The notes under the pieces are model-generated. The model was not told the DNA's origin and searched no databases. It saw only the letters and a program-made list of their open reading frames with translations. This document shows, in pieces, positions 39,871 through 55,152 of a stretch of DNA of 64,000 bases. Positions within the stretch are counted from its first letter, which is position 1. Each line of letters starts with the position of its first letter. A program made the translations under genes and the position numbers. The DNA is taken from positions 75,330,001 through 75,394,000 of the forward strand of contig OX597820.1 of NCBI GenBank assembly GCA_951406725.2, given 5' to 3'. Source of the stretch: Octopus vulgaris (lineage: Eukaryota).

Positions 39871-40812
39871 ATGTTCAAATCTATTCACTCTCTTTATTCA
39901 GAAAAGACCGATGTTTAACTTTCCATCAAAAATCACAACTACAGGATTTCAAACTAATATACATACGTTTGTGTTTGTGTATGTGTGTGAGGGAAATCTT
40001 ACTTCTATATCCAACTCGTTAAGAGTTTACAAATTACTCTTCTTTTGTTACTTTGAATAAACTTTTGTATCGATTAATCAAAGACGTGAAATGACATATG
40101 TTCCATTCTTCACAAATTCCTACTTTGTATATATCACTAACAACATCGTACAATATAGCCTTCATGTTTACAGATTTGATTTGTAAGACTTTCAGCAACT
40201 ATGTTAACCAGCATCAACGAAACTGAGATTTTATTTGTCTTCACGAAACCATCACATGTCACATGATGAAAGCAATTCCTTGTGCTCAGAAAAATTTTAT
40301 AACACAAACCGTGTTCTTAGCTATTTATTATATGTAAGATCTTTTCTTTCTTTTGTAGTTTTCTACGGCTCACTTGCCAGCCTAAACTCTATAGATGTCA
40401 CCTCTACCTTTTGCTTCTCCGTTGAATGTACATATATACATACGTCGTGTGTGAGTATGTATGTGTGTGAGGGAGCTTATGAGACCTAATTGGACCCAGT
40501 TAATCAAATATAGCTTCAGCTTGCATATGAGTAGCGCTCTGGCGATGGAATCATTCCTTCTCTCTCAACAAGATTGGTCACACAAATATTGTATTTTAAT
40601 ATTCTTTGCACAAACTTAGAGCCATGTTACTTTCTACAAAATAGAAACAATACGTAAAATTTCCGTAGCTCGAGTATAAGCAATTCGGCTAGGAAGTGAT
40701 TTTTAAAAAATCCTTTTTAATCGTGTTAATTGAAACGGCTACTTGTAATTCTTACTAAGTTTAAGTACACCTAAATAAATATGGATGTAAATACATAAAA
40801 TTAATGTCTAGA

Positions 40813-41195
40813 CAGGCGTGGTTGTGTGGTAAGTACTTGCCTTCCCAACTACATGGTTCCGCTTTCAGACTCACTGCGTGACACCATGGGCAAGCATCTT
40901 TCAGTATAGCCTGGAAGTGACCAAAGTCTTGTAAGTGGATTTGGTAGACAGAAACTGAAAGATGTATGTATGTGTGTGTGTGTGTGTGTGTCTTTGTGAT
41001 ATGCTTGTCCTATACGACCGTTTGGTAACCGGTGCTGGTGTGTTTACGTCCCCGTAACTTATCGGTTCTACAAAATTAACTGATGGAATAAGTACCAGGT
41101 TTTAAAAAAAGTCCTGTGATATATTCTTTCGGCTAAAATTCTTCGAGACGGTACCTAGGCATAACTAAAATCTAATGACTGAAACAAGTAGAAGA
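40813..41195 (+). mobile_element. SINE family B
   Basis: caggcgtggttgtgtggtaag...aatgactgaaacaagta. Confidence 0.85.
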
Positions 41196-42575
41196 AAATA
41201 CGTCATAAGAATTCAGAAACTTCGAGTGAACGTGAAATTATTTGTTTTTTAACGATTGTACTAGAAGTAGATAAACCTATAAATAGTTGCCTGCAAAAGT
41301 TGGGTTAAAAACACTGTTGCATATAAAAAGCCGAAGACTGTTACAAGAAGTAATTGCAATTGTCAGATTTGTTGCCGAAAATCTTTTTGGAGTACAGTGA
41401 AATAAACTTCATGTCAGAGAATTAATGAATCCATTTAGTTTGCGGTAGTTTATGCATATTTTCTCTTACATTAATCCTGAAATATATAACATCAAATTAA
41501 ATAATCTTGAATTAAATAGAAATTATTTTGGCGACTCAAAAACGTTTCTCATTACCCGAAACAATTTCGAAACTGAAATTTTTCATCTTAAGCTGAAAAT
41601 ACTGAAAAATACAAATTTACTTATAATCTCTGTCCAGCAGATTTAATCAAATCCTCTGTTGGGACTTAATTTTATCGACCCCAGAAATGAGAAAGGCCAA
41701 GTAGACTTCTAGTGGAATTTGAAACGAGAACGTGAAAGAGCTCGGGCAATAACACACAGCATACAAATACTAATTATATTATAGTTACGTAACTTTCGTT
41801 TAGGATATATTGATTTTTTATTTTATGTTTAAAAGTTATGGTTCACAGAAAGTGACTATTGCTTCGTAAACTCTTAGTGTTTGGTTAGATTGAAGCGAAG
41901 TGTATGGTTATATAATTCTTGTGAGTTCATCAAGAAGCACAGTCGAAATTATATTGTCTTGAATTCATATTATCGGCATTGAAATGATACACTACTAAGT
42001 TGGCTGTTGTAGTATGTGATCATATAAAGCAAAGGAACACAAGTGGTGCTAAATCCAAGACATTTAGTCTGCGTTCAGTTCCACAAAATTTCGTTTTGAA
42101 ATACTATAAGGCTCCTAAACGTGTGAGAATGAATGTTAAAATCGAAGGAATAAGTTTTCGTCTGTACTCTAATCCGAGAAGTTGTAACTCTGTAACAAGT
42201 AAATAAAGCCATATGTAAATAATAATTAACTTCCTCTATAATAAATACCTTTCATTAAAAATATATTAACGTAAATTGTATTCTTTAATTATTACATGCT
42301 AGATTTAACGCGACTTGAAGCTGTATCATGTAACACGTATTCTAATTTAGAAGTGAATACTGTATAAACGTTTTACCAGTTCTCTTCAAGAGAAAGGAAT
42401 TCAGGAATTCATTTGTACCAGCAATTTTACAGCGACAGAAGTGGTTCATGGCCACAGATATATGAGTTGTTTTAATTATAGAAACAATAAAAAACTGATA
42501 TATTTCCTAGACATAGATATATATTTCAGTCACTATTATGTTACTACCAAGTAAATTCACGCATTCATATATTAG

Positions 42576-42908
42576 TGTGAAGGCGCGTGGTTTAGTGGAT
42601 CGAGTTTTCGACTTACGAGGATAAGGGAGTGCGTTCAACTCCTAGCGGTGCGTTGTGTCTTTGAGCAAGACATTTTTTTTCCACCTTGCTTCAGTCCACG
42701 CATCTGGCAAAAACAAGTATTACCAGTAATTCAAACGGCCACCCGCCACCCTCGCCACTTTCTCTGTTACGCTGAATCTCTATGAGAACTATGTTTAGGG
42801 TGCGCGTGTCTGTGGAATGCTCAGTCACTTGCACTTTAATTTCACGAGCAGGCTGTACTGTTGATCGGATCAAATGGAACCCTCATCGTCGTAACCGACG
42901 GAGTGCCG
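42576..42908 (+). mobile_element. Chimeric SINE: E-type head with C-type tail
   Basis: gtgaaggcgcgtggtttagtgg...ttgtgtctttgagcaagac, then gtgtctgtggaatgctcag...cgtcgtaaccgacggagtgc. Confidence 0.8.
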
Positions 42909-43993
42909 ATTATATTTTAATATTAGTACAAGTAATAGTTTATTGGTTCTCCGTTGCATTAATTACGAAATGAAGCCTAGCAATAATTGAATCAAAAAAT
43001 TCGAAAGTCGAAATTTGATATTCTAAATCATTTAATATAAAGCTGCTCCGTCTATCAACTTCACATCCCGATTATTTTTAATTTAGCTTGTGTCAGTAAG
43101 TTAGAACAGTCAATGAATGTGTTGAACTTGCAATATAAAGAGTCTCAAAGCGGATTTGGTTTCCGAATTAACTAATTTCACTTTATACTGCTCTAATCCT
43201 TAGTAAACGGATGCTTTTCATCAATAATTTTCCCACCTCAGATGCAGCATATTTTAATATAAGGAAAATCAAATCACTGTCGCTTGGGTGTTGTTGCCGG
43301 TGTTGTTGTTGTTGGCTACTGGTTGACTTAATGAACGAAAATATGTTTCTTGGGCTGCGTGTAGAAGCAACTGAAGAACCCCACGAATATTAAACGGAAA
43401 ATTTTATTATCGCACGTAAAGACAAATCTGCGTTTGCTTTTTACAAACAACAACAGAAATAATTGCATACTGAAAAAAAAAGAAGATAATTCTTGAATTC
43501 AACGGTAAGCTATTGATGCGGCAACATGCGGCTGGCTCAGCATTATTGGAAACAATTGGACTATATTCGTGGTGACAGAGTTTTCTGTTATGTATCTGCG
43601 TCGTCTATCACAGCTGCCTTCCTGGGTCAGCAGGCGGTTTAAAATGTGCCCCGAACGGTTTTCGTTCTTTTTTTTATAGGGGACCGGAAGTTAGATCCTT
43701 TAATGTTCAAAAAATTCTGCCCATCCATCTCTTTGTGCTGATTATAAATTAATAAATTAATCAAGTGAACTTATTGTGGTTTGCACGTGATGTCAGACAT
43801 CGTATCCAAGGATTCAGTTTCGAATCTCCGCTACACTACCATTAGCTCCGTTCATTTGCAACTAATAAATACTTTAACAATTAGTGTTTGGTCCTTCAAC
43901 ATTCTGAGATCGAATGGGATTTGATACGACCTGGCCTTCTATCAATCAAGGAACAATAAACAGACATGCATACAATCATTCTCTATTTTCTAT

Positions 43994-44145
43994 AGGCGTA
44001 GGAGTGGCTGTGTGGTAAATCGCTTGCTTCCGAAACACATGGTTTCGAGTTCAGTCCACTGCGTGACACCTTGGGAAAGTGTCTTCTACTTTACAAAGCA
44101 TTGGGAGTGGATTTGGTAGACAGAAACTGAAAGAAGCCCGTCGTA

Positions 44146-44196
<51 letters not shown>

Positions 44197-44367
44197 ACGT
44201 GTGTGGGTGTGCTGGTGTGTGTGCTGGTGTGTTTGCATCCCCGTAACTTAGCGGTTTGGCAAAAGAGGCAGATAGAATAAGTCCTGGGGTTGAATTGCTC
44301 GACTAAAGGTGGTGCTCCAGCATGTCCTCAGTCAAGTGACTGAAACAAGTAAAAGAGTAAAGAGAGT
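43994..44367 (+). mobile_element. SINE family B, full length
   Basis: ggcgtaggagtggctgtgtggtaa...gactgaaacaagtaaaagagtaaagag. Confidence 0.9.
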
Positions 44368-44670
44368 TATTCCTGATCAAAAATACAGAGATATTTTAAC
44401 GACATTAATTGATTCAGACAGTATATCAGGCAAAGCTTAATAGTTTTAATACATTACTTTCGGTTTCAAAATCTAGATTTTCAAACAAACCACAACACAG
44501 TTTACTTGCGGATTTTTAACTCCGTAATTTATGGAAGTCGCTGATGTATTTCAGAAAAATAAAAAAAAAACACCATCGTACTTCAGAAATCAGTAAATGA
44601 TACATACATACATACATACATACATACATACATACATACATACACACATACATACATATATATATATATG

Positions 44671-44702
<32 letters not shown>

Positions 44703-46089
44703 AATAATATATTTTAATTAATTCTGCGCACAGGAATTCAAATTGTATACACTCTATCTACCACTGCCTAATATATGTTATTCTGTTGCCAACAACAACA
44801 ACAACAACACCAGCAACAACAAAGGCAACGGTAACAATAATAATACCTCTTTATTGTGACGAGATCAAGTGCAGTAATTAGCTATTTACTATAACACATT
44901 GATTAGGGAATCTTTACCGAACAAGCTTCGGGCAGGAAAAAATTTGACAGAGAAACTATGACACAAGCATAATGCATTTGCTTTAATTTAGTTCAAATTC
45001 TGATACGGAACTGTTTCATTTATAAGAAGCAGTTTTGTACTCAACAAAAAGGATGTTATCAGTGAAGAATTCATCATAAAGCAGAGATATCTGCAGGAAA
45101 AGACCTATACGCACATTTACTTTCTTTATTTTATATGTATCTGATTTTTTTTTTTCTGATTTTCTGATTTTGTTCACTGAATACTTTTGAATGATCGTAA
45201 GCGATCTTTGTGCAAGGAGATATATAGTTGAATAGCGGTAAACAAACTAACCAAAGAGGCAAAAAGCACAGATGTCCTCATCTTGATTATATCGTCTTTT
45301 ACACAAGCAGCGGAAATTTAAGCCAATATGTGTCTTTTCAACACGAAAGGGATTTACGCTGCTATATCTAGAGGGTTGTATTATCACACTGCGTCTCCTT
45401 CGTTAGTTCGATAACGATAATATTTGGCCCCGGGTTAAGGAGAATTAAGAAAAACTATAATCAAAACGTTAATTTAGTGAACATCTCTACTTTTTATATA
45501 TTCTTTCAAAGTTCAGTCGTTGTGAAATGTGACTGACGGATTCATGTTAAAAATTGTTAACAATCGAAGAAGTAGAGGTAGAAATGGCATTTGGAAACAG
45601 GATAAAAACTGAAAAAAAATGTTCGATTCCATTTCATCGTACGCAGTAATATCACATGTTGCATCCATAATGGTTGACTTTTTCAATACATCACACACAC
45701 ACACACACACCTAAAAACACACATACACATACTCATTCACATGCATGTACACACACGTACATATACATATATATCATACATAATAACACACACACACATA
45801 TACCGAGCAGGCAGAACCCTTACCATGCTTCGCAACATTCTTGTCCGTCGAGTTCGAATTCCACTGAGGTCGCTTTTGCCTTTCATCCCTTTGTTTAGGC
45901 AGTTACCCAGCATGGCCGCAGTCAACGGACTGAAACATGCAGATAGACACACATATATTCATACATAAATACATGCGAATATACACACACATATATATAC
46001 ATAAATAATATAAAAGTATCGCACGTAAGCAAGGACCCTAATGACACTCTTCAACTACAGAAAGATCTAAATAGTTGATGAACAGAATA

Positions 46090-46500
46090 AGAAAACATGC
46101 AGTTGAAGCCCTCTACTATCGGTGCTCAAGTATATTGCAATCGGAATACTCAGGATCCAGGCGTGTTATGAATGCCAGAGTCAGAGGTGGTGCTGGACCA
46201 AGGAACCCACATCAGTGATGATACATCATACCATGTGCATATTACTAAGATCGCATCACTGTGCAAGCGAGAAGCTAGATGGATTCAGAGATCATTCAGA
46301 ACAAGGAAAAAAAGATCCATGTTCCTAATCTAGAGGACATTTGTTCTCAGTTTCTTGGATTACTGCTCTCAACCATAATCCCTCAAAGTCTCCAGCAAAC
46401 AACAAAACTCGTGAATATCCAACACCACTACACAAACAAGGATGACTCGGTGCAATAGACAAGTTACCCGGCGAGCCCCAAAATGATCCGAGGCTTTATT
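46090..46500 (+). mobile_element. Old L2/CR1-group LINE RT fragment
   Basis: DQGTHISDDTSYHVHITKI...ARWIQRSFRTR and KLPGEP-like end. Confidence 0.55.
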
Positions 46501-46783
46501 CCCAAGAGAGGAGACGCAGAAGATACGCAACGAACATATATACAGAAAAGTCTGGAAAATCTCGCTCCAAACTTTGGGATTGAAAGCTCAATCAACCATT
46601 AAACTCTATCAAATCACATGCTACTGCAAAGAATAAAATAACCCGTTCCCTTATTATCACGCGTAAGGATGCAAACATATCTGTGTTTGTGTGTGCGCGC
46701 GTGTTTGTAACACCGTGTATATACAAGGTGATACACATACACACATTATCACACACAGACATACACACACACACATACACACG

Positions 46784-46842
<59 letters not shown>

Positions 46843-46843
<1 letters not shown>

Positions 46844-47004
46844 CGCGCAGGAATGGCCGTGTGGTAAGAAGTTTGCTTCCCAAGCAAATGACTCCGGATT
46901 CAATCCCACTATCTGGCACCTTGGTTAAGTGTCTCCTACTATAGCCACGGGTGGCCGAACGCCTTGTGATTGGTTTTGGTAGGCGGGAATGAAACGAACC
47001 CATC

Positions 47005-47010
<6 letters not shown>
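46843..47010 (+). mobile_element. SINE family B head
   Basis: gcgcaggaatggccgtgtggtaag...ggcaccttggttaagtgtc. Confidence 0.8.
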
Positions 47011-47052
<42 letters not shown>

Positions 47053-48199
47053 ATAAAAAACGAAAAGCAAACACAAAAAAGAAACAACAACGCGAGGACA
47101 TGGTACATGTTATGTATTAGCAGGCGCTCAAGGAAGGAAAGAAAGTAAAAGTACCAGTGAAACATTGGGGTCGATGTGATTGACTAGTGACCTCCCCACA
47201 AATTCGAGGCCTTGTGCCTATAATAGAAAGGACTTAACTAATAATTATTCTGTTACCCCATCTGTGATTGGTTTTGTCTTTTCAGAATGAGTCATGTTAT
47301 TTCTTACTGAAATTTAGCTGCCTTTATTTCGAATATTCTCAGTATTTTTTTTTTCTGTTTCTTCTTTTTTTCCTTCTTATAGTGAAAGCAATGCTTCCGT
47401 GCATTAACTGCCATGATTGCGTGTGTATATACGCATGCGTAGTTGATCGTATGTTTTGGTATTTATCTATATATGTGAATAAATGCTTGTGTGCGTCAGC
47501 GTATGTGCGTTTGTATTGCATACGCCTTTCTTCCCTCACCGTACGTGTAGAAGTATCACCTGCTATATGCCTCAACCACAGCGCCGAAGCTCTCACTTTC
47601 ACTATCCTAACCTACTTCCTGCTTCTCCTTGAAAGCTTGGCCCGATCCCTAGCTTGTCTCTTCTTCTCTCTCTGACCCTTAATACCTCTATCGATTCTTG
47701 CACGTCTCTAGAATATTCCCTATATCATTATTTCATCAAATGAATTTTATTAAAGTGAGAAGTCAAATAATTTAATTGAAGTGAGTTCAAATAACGGTCA
47801 AGTACAACTGTGTTCATGTACGCTGCAATCACTTACGTTTGATAAATTGTTTCTGTATATATATATATATATATGTCTGTGTATTTATGTGATTGCTTAC
47901 ACATGTGTGTGTGTGTGTGTGTGAATGTTGCATCCGCTAGTGCGTGTGTGTGTGCGTGGATGTGTGTGCGTTGTCCCACTTTTCTTCACGTTGTTTTGTA
48001 TGTATCTCTCATTTTAGATACTTTGGTGAATCTCCGTCTTTTACTGTTCTAATCCTTTTCCTGATCTTTTTCAAGAGATTTACCATCACTTCGTGTTCCC
48101 CTTCCCTTTTTGCTCGTTTTCTCATTATCGCTATCCATTTCTCGATCATTTTCTTCCCCTCTCTGTCTGTCTCTCTGTCTCTCTCCCCCTTCTCTCTGA

Positions 48200-48261
<62 letters not shown>

Positions 48262-50504
48262 ACGTGTTTGTGTATGCTCACGATCATGAACTGTGTTTCG
48301 ATTCCCAGTTGGGCCGTATGTCGTGTTCTAGGCCGAAACAATCCATTTCACTTTGTTTATGCTACAATTCACTTAACGTTTGCTAGTTTCAATTAATCGA
48401 CTGCGGCCATACTGGAGCAACTCCTGAACTATTTAGTGGAACAAATGGTCTCGAATACTTAATTTGAAGTGTGATCTTTTTGTTTATGAAGTTATAGGGA
48501 CATAAACAACTCAACACCGGATGGTGGAAAAAAAAGACACACGAAAAAACTAGCACATATACATACATTGTGTGGCACAGTGGGACTGAACTCAAAACCA
48601 CATTGTTGAAAAGCGTGCTTGTTAACTACACTGCCATACTTGCTCCTATAAATAGCATTTCAGTTACTGATGCCTGATAAAAAGAGGGCTTGTCACATCC
48701 ACTCTATTTTCATCTACTTTAAAAAAATGAGATTCAATCATAATGAAATTTGTTTGTTGAATGAAAGAGTTTTGGGGGTACTCTTAGATGCCAGATATTC
48801 AATGTTTCCTCTGCAAGCATTAACTAGAATTTTTCTTTGGAGTAGAACAAATGGAACGAAGTTTATTTGGTATTGAAAACAAATAAATGACAATGGCTTT
48901 CTTAGAGAAAAAAGAATCACAGAATACTAAGACATTCCATATCTTGTTTGATATATAAATGATCCTTTCAAACGAATGCATAACAGTTTAGAGATGAACT
49001 GAGAGATTCCGAAAATAATACTGCAGGAATTGTGTGACATTAAATATCATATAGTAAATAACTTCCATCGTACTCTCCAGTGAGGAGAGTACAGGAATGA
49101 AAGAGTAATAAAGTGCGCTCCTCTACAATCGTCTCGGCATTTGAACGACGTCAACATTTTCAAATTACCAACCACAATGAAAATTAATTGTTTTCGGGTA
49201 TCATCTGACTTGTGTCTGTATAGTAAGAAGTTTTCTCCCCAAACTGCTGTCAAGTATCTCAAAGAATCTTCTTTCGGTGTACTTAACGTCGAAGTATCAT
49301 CATGATTATTATTATCATCAATTAATTTAACAAACTGGGTTCCTTCTAATTTCTTTTTTTTTTTTACAAGTTCAACGTCTTCTCTCAGCTTTGTCTATTC
49401 TTTCTAACAAAACACAACTCCAACCCTCTCCACAACACTATTATATTTCTGCAATTAATGGTTATTTAATCGCCTTTAATCACTTTCGGTTTTACATGTT
49501 TGTCCTTCCTAGATTTAATACGAAAACATTATTTTTTATTATTTTCTTTTACAAACTGAAACTCGAAGACGTTTAAATGAGCAAGTAACTATAAGTTTAT
49601 GGCAGAATCACCATTTTAGCGGAAGTATGTCAAAAAGATACATTTCAAAATCTTTTCAAAATTTCTTTTCGGTGTGAGAAGATAATCCCGACCAGAAAAA
49701 CGGTTGATAGCTAACATCTAGTGTAGTCTCTATCTTTTTGATAATAGCTGTTCACACGTAAGCACGCACATATTCAGCAGATACACAATCACACAGCCAT
49801 TCCCAGACACACATCTCTCGAAATATATATAAATGTGTATGTTGATGTATGTATATACATACCTATATACATGTGTGTGTGTGTGTACGAGTATGTGTGT
49901 GTGGATTATATGAAGATAATACATGTCAAATTAAATTGGATGATTTATATAGCACTTGAACCAAATGATTTCTAACAAATTTCGATATGATCACATACTG
50001 CGAGCTAGTAGAATCGATAACACGCCGGACGAAATGTTTAGCGGCATGTCGTCTGTCAACGCGGATCTTAGCTCAAATTCTGCCAAGGTCACATCCGATA
50101 TTTGTCCTTTCAAGGTTGATAATATAAGTACCAATTGAGTAGTCAATGTAATAGACTGGCTCCTTCCACGAACTTGCTAGCATTGTGCCAAAATTTGGAA
50201 TCAATATTACCAAATACGTTGTGCAAGACTTCATCCACTTGCTCTTCTTTTGTTTGAATTGTAGTACTACATACTATAATTGCGCCAAATGACCCTTACT
50301 GAAGTGAACAGCCAAATGGTTTGCTTTTCCAGTCTGTTCTGATAAACACTTCCCTGCGTTATTAGGAAAAGTAGATCACATGATATGCATAGTTAATCAT
50401 CGTTACCATCTGTGAACATGAGGTATGATTGGTCGCTTAAATATATTGAAACAATTGTAAGGCATAGAATAAAATTTATACCTTAAACACCACAGTTTTT
50501 CTGA

Positions 50505-50542
<38 letters not shown>

Positions 50543-50702
50543 ATGTGTTAGTCTGTGTGTGTGTGTTTGTATGTGTGTGTGTGTATGTATTTGTACAAAA
50601 GCGCATAGTTGAACATGTGTATACATATATACACATATTGAAATATATGTATATAACTACACATACACACATATGCATATATATAAATGTATATATATGT
50701 AC

Positions 50703-50745
<43 letters not shown>

Positions 50746-50859
50746 TTGATATAAATTGTCTAATAAAGCCAGAAACATATGTACCGCTAAATCTTTGCAT
50801 CTTGTTTTTCTTTTGATAAATATATATATATATATATATATGTATACACACATTTTCTT

Positions 50860-51270
50860 TTGTTTGACTCAGGCACTTGACTGCAGCCATACTGGAGCAT
50901 CACCTAGAAGTGTTTTAGTCGAACAAATCAGACCCAGAACTCTTTTTTTAAAGCGTAATAGTTATTTTATCGGCTTATTTTGCCGAACGGCTAAGTTACG
51001 GGCACAGAAACACACCAATACCGGTTGTCAAGCGTCGGAAGCGGACAAGCACAGATACAAAGACACACACTGATTGACATATTCATACATTGACATGTGC
51101 ATACATGCATATATATACGACAAGCTTCTTCCAGTTTCCATCTACCAAATCCATTCACGAGGCTTTTTGTCAGCTTGAAGCTAGTAGAAAACAGTTGCCC
51201 AGGCGCCATGCAGTGGGATTGAACCCAACACAATGTGGTTGGGAAACAAGCTTCTTATCACACTGCCATA
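50860..51270 (-). mobile_element. SINE family B
   Basis: Reverse full-length diverged copy. Confidence 0.85.
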
Positions 51271-52019
51271 TACTCTACACGTCAGTGTGAAAGATTAACT
51301 TCACTTTATGTAACCTTCATATAGTTTTAATTTATTGTTGCTTTTAATATGTATAACAATATTTACGATATATTTGAAAATTGCAAAGTGTGCGGAATGG
51401 TTAGGAATCGCTAGAATAAGTTTGAAATTCTTTCTATTGATCTTTCCCTGGGCAAGTTTCCGTTATCCTTGGATTTTACGTCACGTAACTTCGAGTCAAT
51501 GGAAATTATAATTTTATGTAACACAAACCAGAAAAGAAAAAATACTACTTTCATTGTTAGACAGTTAAATATGGCAAGTCAAATATCGATCTAACAGAGA
51601 TGAAGGTATATGAGAAAACCTACTGACACGATGCAATATCTGTTTCTCTAAGTATTGATGAAACAGCTGAAGTAGGACAGTGGATCAATAGAAAAGATGG
51701 ATTGGTGGAAACGACCGCCTTTAAATATGTATAGCTGATCAATGAGTTGACATTTAATTAATTTATACACACACAGGTACACACATGAAGGCGTGTGGCC
51801 TTGTGTTCAGGTTGTTGCACAAATGATCGTGGTTGTCATACTGACACCAGACAGTGCATTTTGCTCTTGCATAAAGCACATTTCACAATTCGTTATTGCA
51901 GTTCACTCATCTGTAAATGAGTAACCTTGGGAAGGACTAGCGTCCCGTTCAGGGTATTTTAGTCCTCTCAGTCACTTGTAGGCTTTGAAAGCGGTAAACC
52001 AACCTTTAGTTTATATATA

Positions 52020-52183
52020 CAGACGTAGGAGTGGCTGTGTGGTAAGTAGCTTACTTACCAACCGCATGGTTCTAGGTTCAGTCCCACTTCGTGGCTTCTT
52101 GGGCAAGTGTCTTCTACTATAGCCTCGCGCCGACCATAGCCTTGTGAGTGGATTTGTTAGACGGAAAATGAAAGACGCCCATC

Positions 52184-52235
<52 letters not shown>

Positions 52236-52462
52236 GTGTGTGTATATGTTTGTGTGTCTGTGTTTGTCCCCCACCCCCGAAACATCGCTTGACAACCGAT
52301 GCTGGTATGTTTACGTCCCCGTAACATAGCGGTTCGGCAAAAGCGACCGATAGAATAAGTACTAGGCTTACAAAGAACAAGACCTGAGGTCGATTTGCTC
52401 GACTAAAGGTAGTGCTCCAGCATGGCCATAGTCAAATGACTGAAACAAGTAAGTAAAGAGTA
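52020..52462 (+). mobile_element. SINE family B, full length
   Basis: Well-preserved copy. Confidence 0.92.
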
Positions 52463-52549
52463 GATACACACGCACACATACACATACACACACACACACG
52501 CATGCACGCACGCACACACACACACAGAGTGTGGGAGAGATATTTGAGG

Positions 52550-53640
52550 GGCTACTTAATTACCGATATATTTCTGTTTTTAAACAGTTCTAAAATAGCA
52601 AAAACAAGATGTGTTTGGATAAAATTTGTACACGTTTTAGATGACCTCTCTAATGAAATTTTTGCTATGAATCTGATTTCAGTTTCAATGCTTCATTACA
52701 GGACCGAAATCGTTGACACGCCTGCACGATGTTATTTCTTATCACCTGGACAATAGCGGGTTTCAGAGAAGCTGTATCATTGTTAGGATGTCGATAAGTT
52801 TTTCTTTCAACAACGCTCCAATCATTATCCACTTGATTTTAAATCTAGTGTCATTGGAGACCACTAGTTTGGTGTTTCATGATTGTAAATTATATCTAAC
52901 ATCGCTCTTCATGGGTCACGTGGGTTATCGAGGAGGTACCGAGACTTCTTGAATGAAGAATGGCTTTCTAGTGCTTACTTCACCCACGCTGGGCTTAGTA
53001 GCTATCGTCAGTATCTCAAATTATTCATTAGCTTTAATCCCATGAATCTAGCGACAGATCACCACTCCCAAAACCAGAATATTTTGTGGACTATTCTGCA
53101 GACACTGGTAGAACCTGCATAGAAACGACTCTTATTTTTCCTATTGGACTGCTTGTTTTAGTGGAAGTCTTTTCTCATCAGAAGGAAACCAAATGATGCC
53201 AAGTTCGTGAAATTATTTAACCTTTTAAGTAACCAGTTGTTACGGATCAAACGGTTTTCTTGGATTAGCAAAAATGAAATGATCACTCCTCAAAAGATAA
53301 AACCGGTATCGATTGTTCGGAACACATGTGCTAGTTGTCCACTCCAACATCAGAAATCTTTCGGCGATAACACTCGTTCATTTTTCATAATGGTCGTTGA
53401 CAACGTGAACAGGTTGGAGGAACTCTTGTGCTTTTACAAGGAACAAAATTTTAGAAATATTTTATGTGTGATATAGTTGAAACACTCCTACAACAGGTTA
53501 CAAAATTCAAATCTTTCAATATTCGGAATGCTGGAAATCAATAAATCACTATGTTCTACACATTTCTTGTGTAACCATTATATCTGGCGTGATGATGTGT
53601 GGCAAAAAAAAAGCAGTTTTCAATTCGCATGAAAATATTA
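52550..53640 (-). mobile_element. Old Tc1/mariner (maT-like) remnant
   Basis: Minus strand IIWFPSDEK (FSDEK-like) near 53180 and a VLGVV motif downstream; heavily decayed. Confidence 0.45.
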
Positions 53641-54299
53641 ATAAGCTCATAATGTGTCCTTAAATACACACTCGCAGTCTATATGGGTGATCGTGGTGTA
53701 TATATATACAGACACACACTCACATAAACTCACACGAACGCACACACACGCACACACACACATACACACAAATAGGATGCATTGCTTAAAGGTTCTTGGC
53801 TTTAAGTGTATCACGAAAGGCCTCCTTGGAGACTCAACCTCATAAGTTCTTTTACAGGACTTATAAAAACTGAAGGACCACAGCTTCATGAGGGCGTATC
53901 TCAGAAGGGAATATGTTGAAAAAGAGCATAATTAACTGATTCTCCTCTATTTTCTTTTGCTGAACGATAGGAAATTTTCAACACTCTCTCGTATGTATGT
54001 ATGTATGTATGTATGTATGTATGTATGTATGTATGTATGTATGTATGTATGTATGTATGTATGTATGTATGCATGTATGTACGTATGTAAGTGCTAAAGA
54101 CAGACTGTTGTTAAACTTGGTTGGATCGTAATTTTCCAAAAACAACTGAAAGATTATATCTCTTTCCTTATAAATGTCCTGAAAACTGCTCACATCTTTG
54201 GCTGTGTAATCTGTTTTTATCCAGTATATATATATATATATATGTCTATGAGTGTGTGTGTGTGTGTGTGTGTGTGCGTGCGTGTGTGTGTACGCGAGT

Positions 54300-54520
54300 G
54301 GGTGTTTGTATGAGTCTGTCTGCGTTTGTCGCCACTCCATCGCTTGACAAACGAGGTTGGTGTGTTTGCGTTCCCGTAACATAGAGGTTCGGCAAAAGAG
54401 ACTGACAAAATAGGTACTAAGCTTACAAACAATAAGTACTGGGGTCGACTTGTTCGACCCAAGGTGGTACTCCAGCATAGCTGCAGTCAAATGATTGAAC
54501 CAAGTAAGTGAATAAAAGAA
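54300..54520 (+). mobile_element. SINE family B, 3' part
   Basis: catcgcttgacaa...ggttcggcaaaagagac...ctccagcatagctgcagtcaaatga. Confidence 0.8.
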
Positions 54521-54534
54521 TATATACAGGCACA

Positions 54535-54570
<36 letters not shown>

Positions 54571-55152
54571 ACACATATATATATATATATATATAGTACA
54601 CACACACATATATATATATACATGCAGACAGACAGTGATACGCACAAGCATAAACATGTACACACTGACACACACATACACACACTTACACAAACATAGA
54701 TACACTCAGCATAAGAGATAAGCACATACGGAAATAGAGTGAGAGAGAGAATGTGTGTGCTAAGTATATATATATATATATATATATATTGAGAGAGAGA
54801 GAAATAAAGGGGAGTAGAAAACAATGGGTAAAACGTTAAACATAAAGGAAGTCGGGTATTGAGACGTTCATAGAGAGACGCGACACACGGACACATGGTC
54901 CACTCGTCTCCTGTGATTGACTTGTATTACATGTCAAACCGAGAGAGAAAAAGAGACAGAAAGAGAGAGAGGGAGAGAGGGAGAGAAGTAAAGCGAAGGG
55001 AACAGCATGCATATGAAATATAAATTACAGGGAGAGAGTGAGAGAAGGTATGGTAGACATATAGAGAGAGGAGAAATCCTAAAACTAGAGAGAAAGATAG
55101 ATTGATAAACAGACAGTTATACAAGGTAACGTACTCTTACATATATAAAGAC

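Noticed and set aside
53978-54896. 235 aa and 157 aa ORFs
   Set aside because: Made of SINE B and dinucleotide repeats
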